A program made the translations under genes and the position numbers. 64,000 nucleotides of DNA from Hydrolagus affinis (taxonomy: Eukaryota): NCBI GenBank assembly GCA_012026655.1, contig JAAILG010000943.1, positions 1 through 64,000 on the forward strand. Direction: 5' to 3'. A model generated the notes under the pieces. The model had not been told where the DNA came from and made no database searches. It saw only the letters and a program-made list of their open reading frames with translations. Positions 49,051-62,003 of the stretch are shown here, one piece after another (position 1 is the first letter of the stretch; every line of letters starts with the position of its first letter).

Positions 49051-49842
49051 AACTCTTGGCAGTTTGGTTTGGATGCACATTGATGGTGGGGGGTGGTGGG
49101 GATGGGGGGCAGGGCCTTAAGTGTCAAGAACCTGTCCGGCCAAGAGTGCATATAGCAGAACAAAGCTTTTTGGTTCTCTTTCTTCCCTCTATTTCTATGT
49201 CAGCTGAACTGCTAACACAGTGACTGACTCTGGTGTTTAGAAAATCTGGACCGCATGTGTGTGTGTGTATGTGTGTGTAAAAAAAATTAAATTCATTTCT
49301 ATGCAAATTAAGCAAACTGCGAACATTCCTTGCTGCCAAGATTAAACATACAAGAATCAATTGAACTTTAGAGCAAATCCTATTTCAATTAAAATGCTGC
49401 AATTAGTCTGGTGCTCGTCCAAAGACATTGATGAATATTCATTCATTTATTAATGTTTGCATCCTTTTGAATCGCGAATCATAGAGACATAAAGTTATTG
49501 GAAAAGATTAAAAGCGGGCGGAAAAAAACAGAACTCGTCAATGTTGCAAGTCCGAAATGAAAGAATAAAGATGATCTCAGCCAAGGTACTGCTGGTAGGA
49601 AAACTCTTTAATTGGCTTCTTTGCCCGCGAACTAGAGAGAATCAAACTTAGCCAGGTTTCCAGCTACTGATCCTAACTCAGCCTGCCCTGCAGGAATTTG
49701 CCTGCGTGTGTATAGACTGTGTTGCACCGCATTTCATTATCATGCAAATTTAGGGTGTAAATAGATAGCACTCGGGACTCACTTAAAAAAGCAGCTCAGT
49801 GCTGCGATAGTGAAACAGGAAAGTGAGTGTCCTGGAGGGATA

Positions 49843-50562
49843 ATAATAATGATTCTTGCATTTGAGATAGAGCCTTATCACACCCTGAAACTCTGGAACT
49901 CTCTCCCTTAATCCCTGCACCTTGCCCCTCCCTCCCTACCTTCATATCCCACCCATCCTTCCTCCCTGGCGTGTTTTCAAACAAAGCCACTGTGAACTGG
50001 GACGCAACCTCACATGAAGGGCAATACATAAATGCAAGTTATTGTGTTGTTCTCAGGACATCTCAAAGTGCTTCAAGAATGTACTGTCAAGTGAATTGAC
50101 TGTATATATCTGTGGGCAAAACACGCCAGTCAATTGTGCGCAGCAGTGTTCTGCAAATAGCTGTGAATTGAGCGACCAAATTGTTATTTTATTTAAACAA
50201 AACAAAAAATACTACCGATGCTGGGAATCTGAAACAAAAACAAAAGACCCTTCAGATGAACCCCGACGAAGGGTTGTTGACTCGAAACGTTGACTCTTTT
50301 TCCTTTCTCCATGGATGCTGCCTGACCTGCTGAGTTTCCCCAGCAACTTTTGTTTTTGTTTGTTATTTTATTTATTTGTTTTCTGACGGGAATATTATCC
50401 CCGGAAAAGCAATCCACCAATCGACTAACGTCTGCATTCCTATACACTGCTGGTAAACAGAGACGCTTGGAGTAAGAAAACTTGCCTAAGGTTTTACCCT
50501 GCCTGGGAATCGAATCTAGGTCTTGGCGAGACCCTTATCTAACCAATAAGCTACAGAACTCC
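49843..50562 (-). mobile_element. tRNA-SINE split by an L2 tail (49890-50050) and a Penelope-like piece (50195-50365)
   Basis: SINE tail, core and head occur in order, separated by foreign segments. Confidence 0.75.
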
Positions 50563-51319
50563 GTCCTATGTGAGATTAGATGGGGCTGAATGAACTTCTG
50601 TAAGCAAACCAATCTTGTGAGTAGATCTAGTAGGGAGATATTGAGTTTGCCAAATTCTGCCACACCTCGCCAATGCCGGATAAATAGATTCAATCCAGAC
50701 CTTTAAACCCATGCGGGAATGTCGGTGCGCTGGAGTCCTCACACCAGACTGCTTTTCCACCCACATCAGAGGAAACCATGGGCACGGGGCCAAGTAGAAA
50801 AAGAAAATGAAAACAATGAACACGAGTAAATAATTGATGTACACCATCAGATATTTCTACAGTAACTCAATATACTTGAGTCACATGGAAGACTGCGCTA
50901 AAATTTCACCCGTCACGAAGCGGGGATTCGCTGTTTAGCATTCAATCTCTGCCAGAAACCACAAGCAGGCTTCCTGATAAGAAGGTTTGAGGGACATTGT
51001 GTCTTGAGTTACAGCGCAGTGCAGGCTTGTTTGGAACATATCCCTGGCAATACTGATGTGAGATTACCCTCAGGCCAGTTCTGTTCTTCCCAGTGACGGA
51101 GCAGAGAGAGCAACACTGTTTAACACCACAGTCAGAACAGTCTAGCATAGCCTTGGGGGTGATGGGGGGTAATTTAAGAGCATAGTTTAAACACTCACAT
51201 GCGCCTGGCCATCAGTGACCTGCTGACCTGGAAGTGCTAATTGATGGCTATTCCATAATGTGATCCATTATAACCCAGCGTCTGTTTTTTTTAGACCCAA
51301 ATCATCACTTGAGCTTTCA

Positions 51320-51740
51320 GCCATTCATTTTTGCTATCTTCTGACGGAATCAACCTCTATGGTCATTTGGAGTAGAGCTTTCCATTTATGAACGAATTTC
51401 TGTGTAAAAACATTTCTGCTAATCTCACCCTTTTTTTTGTTATCTCCTGGAGATAATCCTCAATTGATGTCCTCTTCCTGCTGGTTTGATCAGTGGAAAT
51501 AGGCTCTCTCTCCTTCTCTCTCTATTTACTCCATCAGAACCATTTATCATTTTGAAAACCTCCATTAGATTCCCCCTTAACCTTCTTTGCTCCGGTCACA
51601 GCAATGCCAGGTTTTCAAGCCTCTCTATGTAACCAGAGGACCTCACTTCAGGATCATTCAAATGCACCCTCGCCATGGATGTGATATCCTTTCTATATTG
51701 GGGTCATCAAAAATTGGGCATAATATTCTTGGTTCCAGCC
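51320..51740 (-). mobile_element. Old CR1 fragment
   Basis: TTATCATTTTGAAAACCTCCATTAGATTCCCCCTTAACC encodes RLRGNLMEVFKMI on the minus strand. Confidence 0.8.
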
Positions 51741-51869
51741 TAATCGGTTTCTTGTAAAATGTAACACGACTTCCTTGTTCTTTTTTTCGTACAGCATTCT
51801 GCTGTACAGAAACTGAGGAAACCCCAGGTATTTACTCCAAGTACGCTCTTGTTTACTTCACGGGTAAGC

Positions 51870-52102
51870 ATGGCAACCAATTTGACTGCAGTATTGCCCA
51901 ACAAACAGCTATGAAGTGAAAAAACAATATTATCTGGGTGATTGTTTGTCATCCGGGATAGCGGGAGAAACTCTTGTTTCATTCTGAATCACACCGCAGG
52001 ACTTTTAACATTTATTTGAATGGACCACGAGTTCAAAGTCTCGACACGCGGCTTGAACCCACAGGATTCTGACTCAAAGTGTGACTGACTGAGCCAGGCT
52101 GA
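51870..52102 (-). mobile_element. DeuSINE remnant
   Basis: CTTGAACCCACAGGATTCTGACTC...CTGAGCCAGGCTGAC head complement. Confidence 0.65.
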
Positions 52103-54079
52103 CCCCTGGCAAATAGTCAAAGTGCTACATTCCGGATCAGTCGGGTTAATCTTTCCCGTGACCAGACTAACTGAGCAACGTGTTCAGGCAGGAATCGAAT
52201 ACTAAAACATCCCTCTTTGTGACAGACACCAGCCCTGTGTGCTCGACACCCCCCCCACCACCACCCTTGTTCCATCTCACCCCCATCCTCTCCGAAAATG
52301 ATTTGCACAAGTCTAATTAATTTATATGTAAATAAGGGCTCAAATATAAGCCGATTAGCAAATAGCTTATGAGCTATTTTGGTATTCAAGTGCACTTCTT
52401 AACAATAGTGCACAACAATGAAGAATGAGAGGGTGAAGCCACTTCTTTGTCAGGCAACAACATTGAGCCACTTGGTTCCTGAACCCCTCCAATTACAGCT
52501 GATATATTGCTGCCGCCTGTATTTTTATTTTTAGAAACGCAATGCGTTTTGAGGGTCTTCTATCAGCGCTGTTAACAGAAGGTGAGCTGCAGAGGGGACA
52601 TTCGAGATTCACACCAGAGGGTAGGCACGAGCAATGGAAGCGTAGTTCAACATAAATCACTGCCTTCAGGAGAGGAAGGCGGCAAATGAAGGAACTTGAA
52701 AACATTTTTACGGCGCCTTATCGTGACGAGTCTCAAACCCCTTCACGAGTAAATTACTGTCAAGTGAAGTGACTTTTTTTCGTGAGTGGGGGGGGAGGGG
52801 GGAGAGAGGGTGCCACAAAGCAATCGCGATGAAAGTGCGCAGGTTTTCAAGGCACGTTTGGTAGACAGAAGAGGAAAGAAGATGTTAAAAGTTAATTATA
52901 GCGGCATTGTTGGGAGAAGGCTCGAAGAGAGGCTACAAAAGGAGACTGTAAAAAGGCTCGAATTAACATGCACTGTCCGTTTCAAGTTAATGATAATTCT
53001 GTGTATTAAAAAGATGTACGGATAGCGACACAGAGGCTGACAGTGCGAGGGAGCGGAATTAACATGCATAGTTCATTGTGTCTGCACCCGGAATACGAAA
53101 CCTCAACTGCAAGGGAAATCTTAACTTTATATTGAAATAACAAAATCACTCGGAATCTGAGTCCGTTACTAATGGCCATCTAACACTGTCAACCTCTGGT
53201 CATTCTCTGTGTCAGAGCAGTTTCCTCCATTACAACCACCCCCACACCCCTGTCTCCCACCTCTCCCCCCACCCCCCCTCCCCACACACGTTTTACTTCT
53301 CACAGAAAAATCAAATGGGCAACACATAGCAATAAAAATGGGCTTTTCAACTGTCCAAATGGAAAATCTGAACACATGAGTGTAGAGGGTGAGAGGGGAG
53401 ATACAGTGGGTTCAAGTAATCAGAACCTGAAGTCTTAAGTTGCTTTTGAACAGATTTATTTTAAAGAAAGTAACAGTGGTTATATCAGATACTGCTGATA
53501 TTACATAAAAACTTTTCCTGCTGCAAACTTAACCCCGTAATTCCACTCTAGTGTTAGCCTGCAAAACCATCTAGGTTTACGAATGTATTCTTAAATCCTG
53601 CCTTGCGGATTGTTCCAGAATCCAAGGAATTTTGGAAGATCAGCTGATAGTTTCCCTGGCACCAATTCTCTGCTAATGAAGATTTCCCTAAGTTGCTCCC
53701 TGTCATTTGATCACCAATAATGAAAAATAACGAACCCCTCAAAACATACTGCCTGGAAAGATGCTGCAGACATGGGCACTTTATAAAACATCATGAAGCA
53801 ACTTGGAAGGCAGCAGAATGAAAAAAAAATCAACCCAAAAGAATTAAAAGTATCTTTAGTCCATCTTATATTTCCCCCTCATTTAAAACACTTTTAAAAC
53901 AGACTTTTCAAACCGATTCTCTTGAGAATTGCAGGCTTTGCAAATCAGGGTTGAAACTCCATTCGGCTTTCAAAGAGTGTTTTTTTTCCCATAGTTCTGA
54001 AAAAGAGCCGGATTCCAAAGTAAGACTGACATTTTTGGTAGTGCTTTCATGATTCAGAACAGTTTCACATTGAACTCAT

Positions 54080-54420
54080 ATAGTCGCGCTGACACTCTAA
54101 TGCCGTGCTGGGAGAGCATGTTTGGAAGTGCCGACCTTCCAATGAGACATTCTCCAGTCTGCCTGTTCGTGTGGACGTTAAATATCCCGTGGCATTATTT
54201 GAAAAGAGAAGGAAGTTTCTCTCGCCGAGTGTCTTGGCCAACAAACCTCCCAGATAAAATTGGTAACTCATGTCATGGCTGTTTGTGGGACATTGCTGAG
54301 AGCAAATTGTCTGCTGGGTTTGGCTGCAAAGCTGTACAGCCATTACACTCTACAGTAAAATTGTGAAACACTTTGAGACCTCATCCCAACATTAATCAAA
54401 TACAAAGATTATGAATTACT
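54080..54420 (+). mobile_element. DeuSINE body and tail
   Basis: GTGGACGTTAAATATCCCGTGGCATTATTTG...GTCTTGGCCAAC. Confidence 0.78.
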
Positions 54421-54494
54421 ATTATCACTGTGAGAGTCAAAAAATGATTTCACATTCGGGAGGAATTTCCAGCCTTGCATAAGGTAACTTAACT

Positions 54495-54690
54495 AATAAT
54501 AATAATCTTTGCATTTGATACAGCGTTTTTCAAGTCTTCTAGACGTCTCAAAGCGCTTCACAGAATATACTGTAATGTGAATTGACTGTATATTTGCAGG
54601 AGAAATGCGGCAGCCAATTGTATACAGCAGCGTCCCACAGTCATGGATTGAAGTGACTAATTTATTATTGTTTTTTTTGTGGGTTTATTA
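54495..54690 (-). mobile_element. tRNA-SINE 3' part
   Basis: Tail and core. Confidence 0.88.
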
Positions 54691-56214
54691 TCTTACCTTA
54701 TTAACAATAAGGTAACCTAGAGATAGATTGAAGTAGATACAAGAATAATAATGGAGCGAGAGTACTAAACATGAGCTTTCTGAGGGTCAGGGAATTGGCA
54801 ATCCAACAACCCTTTGCTAATGTTTAGTTCTAGGAGAAATTCTCTAATCTACCAGGACAGCCTGAGAGGACTTCTTCAAGGGATACTATCTCTAATAGGC
54901 TAATGCTCCTCCTGGCAGTCGGTCAACGTGCTATGCTTTGGAAGTGTCGAGGGCCTTGCGGAAAGCTCTAAGTTGCTTGGTTTTGTGAGGAAGGTGGCAT
55001 CACAGTGCTAAGTAAGGTCATCATTGTCCCTCAGTGTTGGTTACCTCCCCTCCCCCACCCACCCCACAACCTCCCTAGGCAACAGATTGCACAAGTACAT
55101 TAGAGCTGCAGTATTTTGGTATTGAGCCTTCACTACATCTCTAAGCCACTTAGAAACAAAATACCAAATCTGCGTGGCTTTATTTCCAGCTTGTACCAAT
55201 TTGAAAATCACTTCTTTTTTTGTCTAAAAAAAGAGAGACATTTTGTGCTCGAAACCAGAATCTGACCTGAGATTAAAAAAATGTTTAAATCCGTAAATCA
55301 TTACAGTGTTTCCTGCTTTTGTTTTAAATATAGAATTTAAAAAATGAACGTTTAGACTCAACGCTATATTCATTTTTCTTAAAACGTCAATCCTTGCACC
55401 ATTAAGACGGTATAATTGGCTGTTAATTAGGACTTTGAAGGCATTCTTGGTGAACGGGAGTTATCGATTAGTCAGACCGGGTGTAAAAGCCGTCAGGCTT
55501 ATAAAGAAAGCTGGTGTGTGACTGTCGTTAATGTATTCCTGCAGCCTGACTAATTACCATGAAACTGCTTGATAATTGGAAACTTAAATATGGTCTTTTC
55601 ATCTGGGTCCAATTCATGTCAGGCTCGAGTTCAACCTAATCGAAAGCTCGGAATTAAAAACGCTTGACATTTGGTCACTTAAGCCGCTGTCTCTCTCTTT
55701 CCCTATATCGAGGTTTCCTTTTTTTTTCTCTCTCTTTCCTTCTTCTCTCCCTCACTCTCTCTCCTCCGTTCTAACACATTCTAACAAACACCTTCTCCTG
55801 GTATTCTGAGTTCGGTCGGGATTATCACGATTGGCGATCACGATCCTGAGCAATGGTGCAATCTGCAGGTCAGACAGCGACTCTACGCTGTGACTATATT
55901 CCACCCAGAGGCTACTGCAATAAAAAAAAATGCCAGCAAATATACATATATATCGTTTTCACATCAACCTCCTTCGAAAGATTAATATAGTCACATTAAT
56001 TTTATTTAAAGAGAGCTCATCATAACTCAGACATACAGCCCACTCAACCTGTTGTGTGCAGCCACTCTACTTAAGTGTCGTTTCTCTATTCAACATTGTG
56101 CATTCCTCTCTACTACCTATATCTGATTCTCACCTATCAAGACTCACAACTATCTTATTGCAGGTATTTGGGGTTATTGCATAATAATCCCTGCATTTGA
56201 TGTAGTATCTGATC

Positions 56215-57005
56215 ACAACAACAACCACAAAATTACATTTATAGTTCGCCTTTCACGTTGGGAGGACATCTCAAGCAGGGATCGGGACCCGAGCACGGGG
56301 GAGGGGCAGGGTAGGTGGGTGGGTGGGAGGGGAGGGAGAGAGGTGGGAGGGTGACAGAAGGCATGATCGAAAAGGAGGGTCTTGAGACCGGCCTTAAAGG
56401 ACACAAATATACAGACAATTCACTTTACAGGGAAACGGACTGTGGGATGGAGTTCCAGAGTGTGGGACAGAGAGGCTGAAAGCCCAGCCACCAATGGTAG
56501 GGCAGGTTAGGTGGGAAACATGGAGCAGGCCAGAGCCTGCTGAACGAAGGGGGTGGGCAGGTTGGTAGGGAGTCAGCAGATCAGAGAGATAGGAAGGAGG
56601 AAGGCCGTGAACAATAATAATAATCCTTGCATTTGATATAGTGCTTTTCACATCTTATCCTCGTCTCAAAGCACTTCACAGAATATACTGTAAAGTGAAT
56701 TGACTGTATATTTGTGGGCGAAACGCGGCAGCCAATTGCACACAACAGTGTCCCACAAACAGTCGTGGATTGAAATAACCCAATTTTTTTTAATTGAGTT
56801 CTGGATGATTTGCAGCTTGTGAAGGGAATAGCTGGGAAGGCCAACGAGGAGAGAGTTTTCATAGTCAAGCCTTGATGTAATGAATGCATGGATGAGGAGG
56901 CAGTGGGGGAGTCTGGCAATATTACGGAGGTGGTAGAAGGCAGTGCTGGCCATGGTGCATATGTGGGGGAGAAAGGGCAGTTCAGGGTCAAATAAGACAC
57001 TTAAG
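56215..57005 (-). mobile_element. L2 LINE fragment with nested tRNA-SINE (56612-56793)
   Basis: Translations FYHLRNIARL...LIHAFITSRLDY.NSLLVGLP...KLQIIQN and HGLPPSYLSDLL. Confidence 0.92.
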
Positions 57006-57009
57006 TTCC

Positions 57010-57392
57010 TGATTGGTTTCATGAGATCACATCTTCTTAATATCTTGAGGTACATCACGCAATTTATTTGTAAAGTATAGTGGCTATTCATTTTGTAGGC
57101 GAGTGCAACAGCCAAATGTTGCAGACAGCGATGTCCCTACAACAGCCATGAGATGGAATGGTCAATTTTATCCGAGCATATAAGGAGAAAGGTCCTTCTC
57201 TTTTCACAATCACGCCATGGGATCTTTAACATCCAACCGAAAGATGGAAGGGATCCCAGTTACATTTCATCCGGAGGACGGCACCTCCAACAACGCAGCA
57301 CTGTCCCTAGCACTGCGAAGGAGTGTCAGACCAGACTACACGACCTTCCTGAACCCAGAAGTGACAGAGCTATCAACTGAGCCAGACTGACA
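57010..57392 (-). mobile_element. DeuSINE
   Basis: GCCATGGGATCTTTAACATCCA...GACGGCACCTCCAACAACGCAGCAC...CAACTGAGCCAGACTGACA. Confidence 0.8.
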
Positions 57393-57584
57393 CAAGCTGA
57401 GTTAACCTGACGAGTGTCCCCTGAAGCTTAGTGGAACATTTGTTCAACATGGTTTTAGAACACAAAAAAAACCCTGAAGATTGCTTAATGCAATATCCCT
57501 GCATAGGAATTCACAGACACAGTAACTCAGTTCTCACTCCCACAGTCACACAGTGAGCCAGGAGTGAATACAACATTATACAGG

Positions 57585-57995
57585 TTTGGAAGGCAGAGGC
57601 ACTTTGGCCCATCTGACCTAACCCTATTTTCTTCCATCGCTGCAATAAGCTGTCTCTGGCATCTTTTGCTGGTAACCTTTACCCACTACTGATTGCCCTC
57701 AGGTAATAGTATTCATTGTAAAATTGACCTTCACTACACCATACCCATATCCTCTTGACCAGCTACCTTGAAAGCTACATCTGAAAGTCTTTATTTTCTC
57801 AATCCCATTCAGCAACTATGCATTCTGTAAGGTCCCTTCCGATTAATTTTTTCGCCTTGAGGCCAAACAGCCACAGTTTATCTAATTGTTTCTTGTAGCT
57901 TATCCGTAAGGGATCAACTTTGTTGTTCTCCTATTCCTTATTCTCTACCTCGTCTCCTCCCCTCTGGGCATCCCCCTGGAAATGGGGAGAAGGAA
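57585..57995 (-). mobile_element. Very old CR1 fragment
   Basis: GGCACTTTGGCCCATCTG tail complement; GTAAGGTCCCTTCCGATT...CCAAACAGCCACAG encodes LWLFGL...GRDL. Confidence 0.5.
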
Positions 57996-59579
57996 TTAAA
58001 AGTCCTACTCACTGTGATGAGACACATTTGGTTTTTGGAGACAATCTTAGAGCCTTGCACCCACACTGATCACACCCCGTTAGGTGGCTCTCCACCACCT
58101 CCTCCTCCTCCTCACCGCCTGCCACAGGTAAACTGTGTGCGAACGGCAGATTCCCTCACAACCGCAGAGCATTTTATATCTGGACTCCCGTCAAACCTCC
58201 TCTCGCAGCTGAGGCACTGAAGAGAAACCGAAGCTGCTGCCAAAACAAAAAGACTTCCTGTGAAAATGTGCCATCTTGTCGAGCAGGGAACAGACCGGCT
58301 GAAATGTGCTTCACTTCAAAAGGCATAAGAGTTAGACACTCGCTGAATCTGCAATCACTGAAGAAAAGCACTTTACATCTCCCGCAGTAATAAAACATGC
58401 AGAAGGGATTGGAAAACACAAAGCAGGAGCTTCTGAAGCAACCTGTCCTCCAAATCGGAAATTCCGCCTGGATCCAGGTGTAATTTTTAAGTGCGGCCTT
58501 CATTTTGTAGCTGGTTTTATTTACGATGATAATCCTTGCATTTGCACTTAAGCTCGCTGAAGCAACTGGAGCAAAACGACTTCAAAGTTAAGACTGAATT
58601 CCAGAATTTGCCAAAATCCTGGTTTTGCTAAAGTGACATGAATAGAATTTCTCTTCGTATTTATTTGTAATAATAATAATAATCATAATCCTATTTATTT
58701 AAACTCTATGAAAGTACCATTTCTCTCTATAACCACTATGGGCTCTTCCATAACATATACCCAAGTTATTACTTTATAAGATCCTACCAACTTTATTCGA
58801 CTGCTCTCTTCACTCAGTGCCCTCGGTATGGTTGCTTTTTTAGGATTTTTGTCATTCTGTGATTATTAATGACTAACAAGATTATCTCTATAAATTGGAT
58901 TCTACTTTTATAACGCAGTGTTATTTTGAATCTAAAACTGCGGTACCTTTGCTGGCAAATGCACAGAGTTCCTTGCACAAAATATTTTGGTGACGTTTCA
59001 GGACTCCAACCGACTGCTCAAGATTTCTAGCATTCTCTGTCTTTCTTTCAGATTGCCCGGCATCTCTGCCCTCACCCGCAAAACACACAGTCACTCCGCC
59101 TTACATTACGATCGTCTGAAGCACTTTGAGATGTCCTCCTGACATGAAAGAAAGGCACAGCACTAATTGCATGGATTATTATCATCATCAGCTTGTTATT
59201 TTTCTATATTCAGGAAACCAGGGGTCAAAGAAGCCAGAGTGCAACAGGGAGGGGAAATGAGTGAGTGTGGTAATAATAGAATACATTATTGGGAGGAGAG
59301 TAGTGTACATGAAATTAACATCCACTAAACAGATATCACAAAAGGAAGACTGTCCTAATGATAGATGTTAGGGAGAAGAGCTTTTGCCCAATGTCCAGGT
59401 TTCACCGAATTCTGATGAAGATTCTGAAATTGATGTGCTTTCGTTTTTCTGTGATAAGTAGCATATCACATGCCATCTCATTTCCTCCATACTCATTCTG
59501 TAATGGGTGTCAATCAGGCTTAGTTGATTGCACTTTGGTCTCTATGGTTTGTATGACTTTGAACACCTTGGTTAGGCTG

Positions 59580-59765
59580 ACAACAACAAAATTACATTTG
59601 TACAGTGCCTTTCATGTAGGGAGGACGTCCCAAGATGCTTGACGGTCAGTGTTTCGGACCCAAGCTGGGTTCGGGATAGGGGAGGGTGGAGGGAATGTGG
59701 GGAAGGGGGGTAACCAATGGCATGGCCGAGTAGGAGGGTCTTGAGGCAGGACTTGTAGGAGGCTG
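59580..59765 (-). mobile_element. L2 LINE tail
   Basis: (CAA)n, GGAGGACGTCCCAAG, GGAGGGTCTTGAG. Confidence 0.8.
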
Positions 59766-59779
59766 GGGAGCTGTCGAGG

Positions 59780-60100
59780 GTCTCCAGAGCAGTGTTGGGA
59801 GAGCACTACATTGTCAAAGGTGTCATCCTTTGGATGAGGCATTAAACTGAGATCCATTCTGAACCCTGTTCAGGTTTCCCCTTTTCAAAAAGAGAAACAT
59901 GTTTCTCCCCTACGTCCTGGCCAACATGTCCCTGGTTGATACAGTTCATTCACTTCATGACTATTTGTGGGACTTTTGCTATGTGCAAATTAACTGCCGC
60001 ATTCGTCCACAAAATCTATAGTGAATCCATAAAGCGTTTTGAGATACAATAGCATCATAAGGTAGTCTATTAAATGCAAGGATTCTTATAATAATTATTA
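59780..60100 (+). mobile_element. DeuSINE body and tail
   Basis: GGAGAGCACTACATTGTCAAAGGTGTCATCCTTTGGATGAG...GTCCTGGCCAAC. Confidence 0.72.
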
Positions 60101-60152
60101 ATAATGCACAATGGAGATTAATTTGTCCATAGCACATTTCAGTAAAATCCCT

Positions 60153-60413
60153 TTGGTTCGATTCCAGGCAGGGCGAAACCTTGGACAAGTGTCCTTACTC
60201 TACACACCTGATAATAATCACCCAAAAGAAACAATAATAAATTGGTCATTTTAATCCATGGCTGTTTGTGGGATACTGCTGTGCACAATGGCTGCAGCAT
60301 TTCGCCCACAAACAATACAGTAAATTCACTTTACAGTATATTATGTGAAGCACTTTGAGATGTTTAGGAGACGTTAAAAGCCCTATGCCAAAGCCAAGGA
60401 TGATTATTATTAA
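60153..60413 (+). mobile_element. tRNA-SINE from the B box onward
   Basis: GGTTCGATTCCAGGCAGGGCGAAACC. Confidence 0.88.
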
Positions 60414-61681
60414 TAGCACAGCAAATGTGAATTGAATTCGACCATGCATTGATAGCCAACAAATCGCCTTTGGTTTCCCAGGAACCTTCATAAAGTGTTG
60501 TTAAAAAAATGAAAGCTTCAATCGCGTTGTTTAATAACTGCTAAAATTCTAGTGGGTGATTGTGAATTTGCATGCTCAAACAAGCAAATATCCAGCAAAG
60601 CTGAAAGGCATTTTTGCTTTAAAAAAACCCATAAAAATCTCAATGAGAAAAATCAACTACACTTATTTAGATTCAAAGTTCCCAGTATCTTTTCTTGCTT
60701 CTCAAAGAAGGTGCTTATTTACAAGAATTGGAAATCAAATCATCCAGAAAAACGCATGATTTCAAATCTCCTCCAGCGTGAAACATACAGGAAGAGTTGG
60801 CAGTGTAGTAATGTACAAACAGTGAATTACATAGATCGTACAGCAGCACAAAACCAGGTCATTCTGTCCAACTCGGTGTTTACACACGACAGGAGCCTCC
60901 ACCATTCTTAATCACCAACAACCAAATGGCTTTATGTGAAGGGTAATCATATGAACATAAAAATTGCTGGATGAAAGAAGACCCAACTCGGTCCAGTTCT
61001 CCTTCCACCATCCTGGCAGTCCCATGCACATTAAGTTACGTCCCCAAAAAATACTCCTCCCCCACTGCTGACACTAGTGTCAGCTCATTTCCTGACTTGG
61101 GGTTTGAACCCACAACCTTCTGCCCTAGAGACGAGAGTGCTACAGACTGGAGCTAAGCTGACACTGCCATTGCTGTATCACTGAAAGCGAAGTCACGCGG
61201 GCGGCCTTGGACCCGGCTTGTGACGAGCCGACTCCCAGAGCTTCCTGGGGGTGTCAGAATGCTCGCCTTCTCAGCTCTCGTCGGGCTGCTGCTAGAAAAT
61301 ATTGCTCTTTCCATCTGGTCTAACTCGGTTTCTCAATATGTTCGGAGTTCACCAGCTTTTATTGTTAGCTTGGAAGATTTAAAAATAGTTCTGCTAAACT
61401 CTCTGTCAGGCTCCAGCCCGCGGCACTGCACAGTTGTGAAAGCGCAAATCAACTCGGTTGGATATGCAGCATTCTCAAATATAGGCTCATATAGCACCAG
61501 AGGCCTCGCAATTCCCTCCAGTCTTTGTCCTAAAAGATGTTTAAGATCACAAAGAAATTTGGGGGAAAATTAATTCAGTTCTAACTTTCTTTGCTGCTGG
61601 TTTATAGCAATTCAAAGCCAAGGATGATTTAAGAATTAAGAAACTTCCAAATTTTGGCATAATTAAAAATATATACATACT

Positions 61682-62003
61682 ATAATAATCCTTGCATTTT
61701 GATATAGCACTTTTCACGTCTTCTAGACATCTCAAAGCACTTCACAGAATATACTGAAAAGTGAACTGACTGTATATTTGTGTATTTTGAATATGTTAAG
61801 AGAATGGGCTTAAGGTAAAGGTGAGTTCTCAGTGAAAGTGACATACAATTTGAGTGTAATTTGGATTACTGGTTCAGCCATACTACTACATTTCATCCAC
61901 AAATTATACAGTCAATTCACTTTACAGTACCTGTACATTCTGTGAAGCATTTGAAGATGTCTCGAAGATGTGATAAGGCGCTGTATCAAACGCAAGCATT
62001 ATT
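61682..62003. mobile_element. Two SINE tails in inverted orientation (61682-61782 minus; 61895-62003 plus)
   Basis: Both match the SINE tail. Confidence 0.82.

Noticed and set aside
55715-55875. Exon after a pyrimidine tract with two CTAAC motifs
   Set aside because: Acceptor (GAG) and donor (GTCAGA) are weak, and the tract is a CT microsatellite.
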